Shown one piece after another: positions 9,879-16,992 of a DNA stretch of 32,033 nt (position 1 is the stretch's first letter; each line of letters opens with the position of its first letter). The position numbers were made by a program, and so were the translations under genes. Under the pieces are notes generated by a model. The model searched no databases. It saw only the letters and a program-made list of their open reading frames with translations, and was not told the DNA's origin. Source of the DNA: a candidate division WOR-3 bacterium. GTDB taxonomy: Bacteria; Hydrothermota; Tepidihabitantia; SM23-42; CAYGYG01. The stretch lies in NCBI GenBank assembly GCA_965648915.1, contig CBFGIV010000025.1, forward strand, positions 1 through 32,033, in the 5' to 3' direction.

Positions 9879-10867
9879 CGCGGTCTCCTCAATAGACGCA
9901 TTGAACGGTTAATGGCATTTGGCCGACCCTCTCTCCCCTTAAGTTCGCCAATGACCACCTCCTCTCCCGGGCTTAAACCTTCGCAGATTTCAGTCATCTT
10001 ACGATCGGTAATCCCGGTCTTTACCGGACGGATAATCGGCTTATCTTTGAGCACAAGGACAAAAGTCTCTCCGTTGCGTCTTCTTACTGCAGTTGCTGGA
10101 ACAATTAAAATATCCTTTTTGCTCTCAGCAACAAATTCCAGATTTGCCGTCATTCCCGAAGACCAATATTTTGGAACAGTGATTGCATCGACCATCACAT
10201 CATAGACAACAACATCGTTAACCACCCTCCCCTCAAGCGAGATCTTTGTAACTCTTCCTTCAATCCTTTGGTCCGGAAAAGCATCAAGTGTGATCCAGGC
10301 CTTCTGGCCGATGCGGATCTTACCAATATCCGCCTCATCAACTTCAACATTAGCCACAAGGCGATCAGAAAGAACAAAGAGGATATTATCGAGGGAGACA
10401 TTCTGCCCCGGCTCACAGGCACGTTTTATTACTCTACCAGAAATCGAAGTGGTGATGGGCACCATTTTATAGGCCCTATTGGCAATTTCATAGGCCCTTT
10501 CCGCTTCCCTGATTGCCTCTATCCTGTTTTCTCTCCGGGCCTCAGCCAGCGATGCCTGTGCCGCATCTAAAAGAGCAATTCTATCTTCACTCGATATCCA
10601 GGCAAGAACCTCCCCCTTTTTAACAAAATCGCCCTCATCGACTTCAACCTGATCAATCCTGCCTCGCTGCGGGGCACGGACTTCAACCCGGGTATAGGAT
10701 TGGATCGTGCCAGTGGCAAGAACTTTGACTTCGATATCTCCCCTCACCACTTTAACTGTCTCAAACCCAGCCGGGATCGAATGCATCCTGTTTCTCTTTT
10801 GCCCAAGAACAAAGAGGGCAACAATCACGAATATTACTATCAAAGAAATTATCCACCACCTTTTCAT
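9875..10867 (-). CDS. macA: MacA-like efflux periplasmic adaptor (membrane fusion protein)
   Basis: N-terminal membrane anchor, lipoyl motif VEVDEGDFVKKGEVLA, VDEADIGKIRIGQKA, C-terminal VKTGITD...EGLSPGEEVV; ATGA overlap with tolC. Confidence 0.88.
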   Translation of the reverse strand: MKRWWIISLIVIFVIVALFVLGQKRNRMHSIPAGFETVKVVRGDIEVKVLATGTIQSYTRVEVRAPQRGRIDQVEVDEGDFVKKGEVLAWISSEDRIALLDAAQASLAEARRENRIEAIREAERAYEIANRAYKMVPITTSISGRVIKRACEPGQNVSLDNILFVLSDRLVANVEVDEADIGKIRIGQKAWITLDAFPDQRIEGRVTKISLEGRVVNDVVVYDVMVDAITVPKYWSSGMTANLEFVAESKKDILIVPATAVRRRNGETFVLVLKDKPIIRPVKTGITDRKMTEICEGLSPGEEVVIGELKGREGRPNAINRSMRLLRRPR

Positions 10868-12096
10868 TTATTCCTCCCTAAGACCGCTTCTAATCCTGCC
10901 TGCGCGTTGCGGAGATTATAGAGGGCATTGATATATTCATACTCTGCCCGGGTAAGTGAATTCTCTTTCTGTTGAAGAAAGAAATATGATGTCAAACCTT
11001 GCTCATATTGTAGCCTTGTAAGATAATACATTTCGCGCGCTGCCTCTAAGGTCTTGAGACGCACCTCACAGCTCTTTTGTGCCAATTTAAAATTAAAATA
11101 ACTCTCCTCGACCTCTTTCTCGATCGTTGCTTTAAGATTTTCTATCTCAATCTTCTGAGTACGAAGGGCAATATTGGCTCTTTTTAGTTCGGATCTTCTT
11201 GAAAATCCGGTGAAGATCGGCAGGGATAAATTTACTCCTGCACTCCAATCCGACTCCTGATTAAGAAATTGATTACCCTGCCAGCCGTACGAAGAAGAGA
11301 ATGATATCGAGGGAAAATAGTTACTCCGGGCCTGTTTGATCTGTGCTTCATATGTTTCATAATCAGCCCGGGCCCGAAGTATCTCCGGCCGTTCGCTCTG
11401 GGCTGTTTTAACCATCTCTTCCAAAGGCGGAAAATCAAGTTTCTGCTCCTGATAAGTAATAAAAATGGGCTCCTTGCTGGAACGGCCCAGTAAGAAATTT
11501 AACTTCGTCTGTGCCAGGGTTAATTCCCGATCTGCAACCATTCTGTCGTATTCGGCCTGAAGGAGATTCGCTTCTGCCTCTTTGACTGCGGGTTGATTTT
11601 CCCGACCTGCTTCATAGCGCAATTTTATGATCACGAGGTCTTCTTCTCTGCGCCTGAGGATATCCTTAATCAAAGAGCGCTGCTCTTCCTTCTGTAAGAT
11701 CTCAAAGAAAGCTTTTTTGACCTCAAGGACAACCTTGATCTCAGCCAGATTATAATTGGCCCGGGCAATTTTGATCCGGGCACCGGCCATCTCTACATCT
11801 GCCCGCCGGCGTCCCCCATTAAATAAAGTGTAACCAAGTCCAACACCGGTTGAGAAATTTGATCCCTGGTTGTAGCGGTAATTACTATAAAGATTCAAAT
11901 CGGGGTAGAATGATGAATAAGCCCCCATTAATCCAGCCTGAGCCTCTTCAATGGCAAATCTGTTCTGAATAAGTTCTCGATTGTTGTTTTTGGCAAGTTC
12001 GATACAGTCATTGAGCATGAGAGTATCTTCACCAGGTAAAAAAGAGATAGCCCACAGGATCAGACCGGAAATTACCTGGAATCTAATAAAATACAT
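10864..12096 (-). CDS. tolC: TolC-family outer membrane efflux protein
   Basis: Two OEP repeats (AYSSFYPDLNL; QARSNYFPSISFSSSYG...WSAGVNLSLPIFTG; YEAGR/YEQGLT); first gene of a tripartite efflux operon. Confidence 0.88.
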   Translation of the reverse strand: MYFIRFQVISGLILWAISFLPGEDTLMLNDCIELAKNNNRELIQNRFAIEEAQAGLMGAYSSFYPDLNLYSNYRYNQGSNFSTGVGLGYTLFNGGRRRADVEMAGARIKIARANYNLAEIKVVLEVKKAFFEILQKEEQRSLIKDILRRREEDLVIIKLRYEAGRENQPAVKEAEANLLQAEYDRMVADRELTLAQTKLNFLLGRSSKEPIFITYQEQKLDFPPLEEMVKTAQSERPEILRARADYETYEAQIKQARSNYFPSISFSSSYGWQGNQFLNQESDWSAGVNLSLPIFTGFSRRSELKRANIALRTQKIEIENLKATIEKEVEESYFNFKLAQKSCEVRLKTLEAAREMYYLTRLQYEQGLTSYFFLQQKENSLTRAEYEYINALYNLRNAQAGLEAVLGRNK

Positions 12097-12105
12097 ATTA
12101 TATTA

Positions 12106-12133
12106 TTAGACACATTTCTGATTGATTAAGTTT
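12106..12133 (-). promoter_or_regulatory. Candidate ECF/sigmaE-type promoter (AAACTT-N16-GTCTAA) upstream of tolC
   Basis: Minus strand reads TAAACTT-aatcaatcagaaatgt-GTCTAA, 9 nt before ATG 12096; matches the RpoE-like GAACTT-N16-GTCnAA layout. Confidence 0.5.
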
Positions 12134-12251
12134 AAATCAATCGCCTCAATATTCACACCTTTTAAAGTCAAAGAAGAAATCAGAAACCAGAAGGCATTAA
12201 AGATCCGGCCGAATCCAGTTCCGAGCAGAAATTTATGGATTCACAATTTAA

Positions 12252-12280
12252 TTGACGAGATGGTAGAAACAGGATATAAT
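12252..12280 (+). promoter_or_regulatory. sigma70 promoter for tRNA-Lys (TTGACG-N17-TATAAT)
   Basis: Near-consensus hexamers 15 nt upstream of the tRNA 5' end. Confidence 0.7.
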
Positions 12281-12295
12281 AAATGTTAAGAATTT

Positions 12296-12368
12296 GCCCC
12301 GCTAGCTCAATTGGCAGAGCAACGGATTCTTAATCCGTGGGTTGTAGGTTCGATTCCTGCGCGGGGTA
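12296..12368 (+). tRNA. tRNA-Lys (anticodon CTT); 3' CCA not encoded
   Basis: Acceptor GCCCCGC/GCGGGGT plus discriminator A; D arm GCTC-AATTGGCA-GAGC; anticodon stem ACGGA/TCCGT with loop TT-CTT-AA; T arm GTAGG-TTCGATT-CCTGC. Confidence 0.95.
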
Positions 12369-12394
12369 TAAATTGCTAAGTTCAAAGACTGCGG

Positions 12395-14485
12395 ATGAAG
12401 AATATCAAAAGCACCGCATTGCCCAAGATCGATAATAATACATTCTATCTTCTTGTTATTGTTTTGATTGGTTTTTTTATCCGGCTGGCTTATATTCTGA
12501 GCACCGCCCGAAATCTCTTTTTTAACTATCTTTCTGACTCGGCCCTCTACCATACCTGGGCCTTAGAGATTCTCAAGACTGGATCCAGCAACTGGGCAAA
12601 CTTCTTAGGTCCCCTCTATCCCACACTTATCGCAATAGTATATAAAATTACCGGCCCTTCTCAGACCAACGGACTCATCTTCAATCTCATCCTTGATCTG
12701 ATAACAATCTATGTAATCTATCTTACTGCCCGAAGGACCTTTAACCATCGGGCCGGATTAATCAGTTCATTTATTTATGCGCTCTATGCCCCGGCCATTT
12801 TCTACTGCGGACTCTTTCTTATGTCAACCCTGCTTGCCTTCTTTAATGTCCTGGTCGCATATCTGATCGTCAAAGGATATCAGGAGAAAAATTACCTCAC
12901 TATGGCTGGTGCGGGATTGGTCTCAGGGATAGAAGCACTGGCGCAGGCGAATATCATCTTCTTCCTACCGGTGCTTATGGCTATTCTCTTTGCTGCGCGC
13001 CGTTATCTTCTTTTTCTTATCTATCTGATCAGCCTGCTCTTACCGGTGAGTTATAATTCAATCAAGAATTCAATAATTTCCAGAGAGTTTACCCCCCTCG
13101 CCGGTAATCTGGGCATAAACTTCTTCATTGGCAACAATGAGGATGCAGATGGATTCTATCAAAAACCCAAGGGGCTTGATCTAAGTTCAGACTTTACCGG
13201 TCAGAAGATCGCCAGTAAAATTAGCGGACGACCACTCAAGCAGATGGAGACATCAAATTTCTGGTTGTCAATGGGGCTAAAATTCTTATTCACACGGCCG
13301 GGTCGAGCCGCTATTCTCTTCATAAAAAAAATTCTATTTTACTTCAACCACCTCGAAATTCCCCAGGCCGAAAATTTTTATTTCGCAAGAAATCTATCCC
13401 CCATCCTTAAATTTGATCCTCTTACTTTTGGATTTATTGGCGTATTCACCATCCTCGGATTCTTCATCTTCTGGTCCGATCCTAACCGGCGGATCCTTCT
13501 GCTTTTCATCCTCACGCTCGCATTCTCCTATATTATATTCTTTGTGATCGGACGTCTCCGCCAACCGGTTGTGCCGCTTTTTGTCCTCCTCTGCGGATGC
13601 TCGATAGATTGGTTGATTCTTAAGATTAGCGAAAAAGATATAAAGGCTTTGAAAATCTATATCCCCTTACTGATATTATCCACCCTCCTCGTCTGGCTAC
13701 CCAAATATAAATATGAGATCGAGTGGTTGAATGCAATGACCGAAAGTGACCACAGCATCTATCTGATGTATCAGAAGAGATTTAAAGAATCCGAGACACT
13801 TCTCAGAAATATAATCAAAAAAGACCGGAATTTTGCACCCGCCTATAACAATCTGGGCAATCTCTATTTAAGGACCGGGCAGGTGCGCAAGGCAATCCCC
13901 TATTATAATGAAGCCATTAAGTTAGATTCAACCGAAGGTGATTATCATGCCAATCTGGGTGTCGCCTATTTGCTCACCGGTCAACTGGAATTAGGTGAAC
14001 GCGAACTTAAGATCGGAAAAAAACTTCTCCCCTACTATCTGGCAATCGAGGACCACTTAAAGCAGTTATACGAAATAAGTGATGCGACGAGATTGAATCC
14101 CGCCGAGGGTTATCTCATCATTGCTGAAAATGCAATCAGTATTGGAGATCTTGACCTGGCAATTGAATTCTTTGAGAAATCACTCGCCATCCAGCCCAGA
14201 TCCCTGCGGGCAATAAATGATGGAGCGGTTGCTTATTATCAAAAAAAGAATTTTACCCGGGCGATCGACCTTCTCATCCAGGGCGTAGAATACTTTCCTG
14301 ACAACATCGATTTGCTCTATAATCTGGGAATAATGTACTATGAAAAGGGAGAAAAAGTCAATGCGCTTGCTGCATGGCAAAAGATTATCAAAATCGATCC
14401 AACAAATAAAAGAATCTCTGAACTGATCGAAAAGACTGAAAAAGAATTAAAAGGCACTTCATCCCCGAAGGTTGGGCCAAAATAA
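12395..14485 (+). CDS. GT-C fold (PMT/ArnT, GT39-like) membrane glycosyltransferase with C-terminal TPR repeats
   Basis: LSDSALYHTWA...GPLYP acidic first loop, many TM helices, GINFFIGNN...GFY motif, GRLRQP motif; C-terminal TPRs (AYNNLGNLY, YHANLGVAY, AIEFFEKSL, LLYNLGIMYY). Confidence 0.85.
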   Translation: MKNIKSTALPKIDNNTFYLLVIVLIGFFIRLAYILSTARNLFFNYLSDSALYHTWALEILKTGSSNWANFLGPLYPTLIAIVYKITGPSQTNGLIFNLILDLITIYVIYLTARRTFNHRAGLISSFIYALYAPAIFYCGLFLMSTLLAFFNVLVAYLIVKGYQEKNYLTMAGAGLVSGIEALAQANIIFFLPVLMAILFAARRYLLFLIYLISLLLPVSYNSIKNSIISREFTPLAGNLGINFFIGNNEDADGFYQKPKGLDLSSDFTGQKIASKISGRPLKQMETSNFWLSMGLKFLFTRPGRAAILFIKKILFYFNHLEIPQAENFYFARNLSPILKFDPLTFGFIGVFTILGFFIFWSDPNRRILLLFILTLAFSYIIFFVIGRLRQPVVPLFVLLCGCSIDWLILKISEKDIKALKIYIPLLILSTLLVWLPKYKYEIEWLNAMTESDHSIYLMYQKRFKESETLLRNIIKKDRNFAPAYNNLGNLYLRTGQVRKAIPYYNEAIKLDSTEGDYHANLGVAYLLTGQLELGERELKIGKKLLPYYLAIEDHLKQLYEISDATRLNPAEGYLIIAENAISIGDLDLAIEFFEKSLAIQPRSLRAINDGAVAYYQKKNFTRAIDLLIQGVEYFPDNIDLLYNLGIMYYEKGEKVNALAAWQKIIKIDPTNKRISELIEKTEKELKGTSSPKVGPK

Positions 14486-14487
14486 AA

Positions 14488-14515
14488 TTGACAGGAAGAT
14501 TTCTTTGGTTAATAT
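14488..14515 (+). promoter_or_regulatory. sigma70 promoter TTGACA-N16-TAATAT, 6 nt before ATG (leaderless configuration)
   Basis: Perfect -35; no SD before ATG 14522. Confidence 0.65.
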
Positions 14516-14521
14516 TAAACT

Positions 14522-15244
14522 ATGCTCATCTTTTTCCTGTTACTGATTCCTCAAGCAATAGCACCCGATTCCATTCTTAATGAAGTCGACCAGCGACTGG
14601 CACGAATCAGGACTATCCAGGGCGAAATCCGGCGTGAGATCCATTTAAGTCGGGCAGGCAAAATGGAGATGGTCGGTAAATTCTATATCGTCCTTCCCAA
14701 CCGACTCCGCTTCGATTTTGCCCTGCCTGATGAACAGTATTTTATAACCGATGGTCGGTTCCTCTGGGTCTACAATCCAGAAAAGAATGAACTGATAACC
14801 CGGGATATCGGCAATATTCAACCCGTCGAGAAACATGGCATCGGTGCCCTGATGGATTTCGGCGCCAGCCTCCTGACATTGATGAGTAAAAACTATTCTC
14901 TTAAACTTGACTATAAAGGAAGACTTTTAAAATATAATATCTACCTGATCAGCGGTGTTGCCCGGGATACATCTTCACCAACCAATAAAATTCTTATCTG
15001 GATCGATCAGGACAATTATCTGATCAGAAGATTTGAGACCTATGGCAAGAAAGGAAATTTGACCTCCATCTATGTCGTGGAGAAAGAAAAGGTTTTTAAT
15101 GATAGCATAACCATACCTGTGCAATATGAGATCAGGGTTGGTACAAAAGGAGGTTTGATGAGAATAAAAAATTATCTTAGTCTGATTGAATTGAACACCG
15201 CGATTCCCGAAAGTCTTTTTATACCGCCCAGAATGGAGGAATAA
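14522..15244 (+). CDS. lolA: LolA-family outer membrane lipoprotein carrier / LolA-fold protein
   Basis: Signal peptide; GKFYIVLPNRLRFDFALPDEQYFITDGRFLWVYNPEKNE; IWIDQDNYLIRR; ends IPESLFIPP. Confidence 0.72.
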   Translation: MLIFFLLLIPQAIAPDSILNEVDQRLARIRTIQGEIRREIHLSRAGKMEMVGKFYIVLPNRLRFDFALPDEQYFITDGRFLWVYNPEKNELITRDIGNIQPVEKHGIGALMDFGASLLTLMSKNYSLKLDYKGRLLKYNIYLISGVARDTSSPTNKILIWIDQDNYLIRRFETYGKKGNLTSIYVVEKEKVFNDSITIPVQYEIRVGTKGGLMRIKNYLSLIELNTAIPESLFIPPRMEE

Positions 15245-15249
15245 AAGAG

Positions 15250-15609
15250 ATGAAGAATAAAATTTTGACCTTGCTAATCCTGCTTATGATATTGAACATC
15301 AATATATCTTTTGGTCAGGTTGGCCCAAAAAAACCCGAAAAGGGCGGCTGTGTCCCCTGTCTGGTTGGAATCATATTTGGCCCGAGGACCGGTTATCTCT
15401 ATAATGAAGGTGTATCGATCAGGACTCTTGAAATATTCTCGGCGATAGGCTTCTTCATCCACTGGACCGTTGGAATATTATTTGCGATACCACAACTTAT
15501 TGATATTTACAATGGCCGAACCTGGACCGAGGTCGAGATTGATGAAAATCTGAGGGACCCGGCCTTTAAGGAGTGGCACCGGTACCAGGTCGAACGCTCA
15601 TCGATATAG
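15250..15609 (+). CDS. Hypothetical exported/membrane protein with CxxC (GGCVPC)
   Basis: Signal peptide-like N-terminus and hydrophobic segments; starts 5 nt after the lolA stop with SD GGAGGA. Confidence 0.7.
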   Translation: MKNKILTLLILLMILNINISFGQVGPKKPEKGGCVPCLVGIIFGPRTGYLYNEGVSIRTLEIFSAIGFFIHWTVGILFAIPQLIDIYNGRTWTEVEIDENLRDPAFKEWHRYQVERSSI

Positions 15610-15832
15610 ATAGTAATTAAAACCGAAGTCAATCCGGTTCGATACCGCGCCGGGGTTAATAAGAACGATCTCATAGCAAGCTTTTTACGGGTTAACAACA
15701 GATTTAAAGTTTACACCTGTCCTCAAATCCAAGTCTGCCTGCAGAATTATGTAAGCGAATGGCTATCAGAGATATTTCAACCAAAATCTACGGATATCAG
15801 TCAAAAAGCCTGAGTAATTTTTAAAAAAAGTC

Positions 15833-15879
15833 TTGACTTTTGTTAAATTATAAATTTATATTACATTGATTTTTGAAAA
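15833..15879 (+). promoter_or_regulatory. Probable promoter (TTGACT with AT-rich -10) followed by boxA-like TGATTTTTGAAAA
   Basis: -35 at 15833-15838; -10 placement ambiguous (TTATAT or TATATT). Confidence 0.4.
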
Positions 15880-15978
15880 ATTCTGATAAGCGGGTTTCTT
15901 TTTCGTTGCTTGCGAACATGCACAGGCAGGCATAGAAGATGTTTAAGAGCTTTACTTTAAACTAATCGTTAGAATAAT

Positions 15979-16602
15979 ATGGATAATGAACAATTATATG
16001 AATGTCTCAGAATATTAGAAAAATCTATTTCTGATGTCGGATACTGGTCGTGGTGGGACAGCAACTTTCCTGATTCGTTTCAACTGGAATTCTGTGGTGT
16101 TCAGTTATGGAATCCACCCCTTCGAGAAGGAGAACCGCCCTCTGGTACAATCGCCTTAAAATTTCTTAGACCGGTATCAGTAAGTTTTATAAGCAGAAAT
16201 CTTCCTGAAGATCTAAGAGATAATTGGTATGAGTTATTACATCAGGACAAACTTGAGCCATTCGCCGTAAATCATAATTGTTTTGTAATCAATGATAAAA
16301 CAGGAGCCGAGGATCTTTTAAAGTATCTGGATGAAATAAAGACTATTTATGGCATTCCCTTAGAAGAGCAGAATCTTTTTAATTCAGAATTCTTTGTCTG
16401 TTTTTGGGCTGGTCCGGTAGGGGCGATAGTATTCGCCGAAAAGATGGAGATACTCAGCCACCGGGGAAAGATTGAACTCTCTGAAATACCGATCATCAGC
16501 AAGAAATGGTGGGATTACTGGCGGGAGTACTGGCAGAAGAAGGGCACGAAAGACGAATTGCCCAAGGATTACACCTGCGAAGTTACTATACCTGCAGGGT
16601 AG
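15979..16602 (+). CDS. Hypothetical Trp-rich cytoplasmic protein
   Basis: 207-aa ORF with distinctive motifs VGYWSWW and KKWWDYWREYW...DYTCEVTIP; no recognisable domain. Confidence 0.75.
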   Translation: MDNEQLYECLRILEKSISDVGYWSWWDSNFPDSFQLEFCGVQLWNPPLREGEPPSGTIALKFLRPVSVSFISRNLPEDLRDNWYELLHQDKLEPFAVNHNCFVINDKTGAEDLLKYLDEIKTIYGIPLEEQNLFNSEFFVCFWAGPVGAIVFAEKMEILSHRGKIELSEIPIISKKWWDYWREYWQKKGTKDELPKDYTCEVTIPAG

Positions 16603-16694
16603 GGGCAACAGAACATGGCAGACCCTATTGAGTCTGAAAAGCTGCCTTGATGAATAATGGTGCACTAACCGGGTTGATGGGTTTAAAAAAATTC

Positions 16695-16722
16695 TTGAAC
16701 TCCAATTAATTATAGATATAAT
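16695..16722 (+). promoter_or_regulatory. sigma70 promoter TTGAAC-N16-TATAAT for the riboswitch-btuB transcript
   Basis: Perfect -10, A-tract upstream of the -35, followed by GTTCTTTGAAAA. Confidence 0.65.
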
Positions 16723-16764
16723 AAAGACAATAAAGTTCTTTGAAAAGGTGCGTTTGCACTGACC

Positions 16765-16965
16765 AACTCGCAGAAGTCAGGGAAGGCTGTGAGAATCGGC
16801 CACGGTCGCCGCCACTGTAACTGGGGACGAAAGCCAGAAGGCCACTGGAATAAGATTACTTATCCGGGAAGGCCGGCAAGTAGGAGGATCCAGAAGTCAG
16901 GAGACCTATCTGCGAGTTACCAAAGAACCCTTCGGACGAAAGGGCATCCCAATCTCTCCGAAGGG
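16765..16965 (+). ncRNA. Cobalamin (B12) riboswitch
   Basis: P1 AACTCGCAGA (16765-74)/TCTGCGAGTT (16909-18); AGGGAA; GGCTGTGAGAATCGGCC; GCCACTGTAA; GCCACTG...GGGAAGGC; B12 box AAGTCAGGAGACCT; P13 CCCTT-CGGACGA-AAGGG; directly upstream of a TBDR. Confidence 0.95.
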
Positions 16966-16992
16966 CAAGGTTACCATAACAAGGAGGTTGTG

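Noticed and set aside
12296..12394. tRNA as integration site of a genomic island
   Set aside because: No integrase and no duplicated tRNA 3' end noticed in the window.
12302..12553. 83-aa minus-strand ORF
   Set aside because: Antisense to the tRNA and the glycosyltransferase start.
15968..16670. Integron cassette reading of the Trp-rich ORF (GTTAGAA before, CACTAAC after)
   Set aside because: The sites neither fit GTTRRRY/RYYYAAC nor complement each other well; no attC hairpin or integrase.
16789..16992. 68-aa N-terminal extension of the BtuB ORF in the ORF track
   Set aside because: It overlaps the cobalamin riboswitch; the strong SD and signal peptide indicate a start at 16993 (or GTG 16990).
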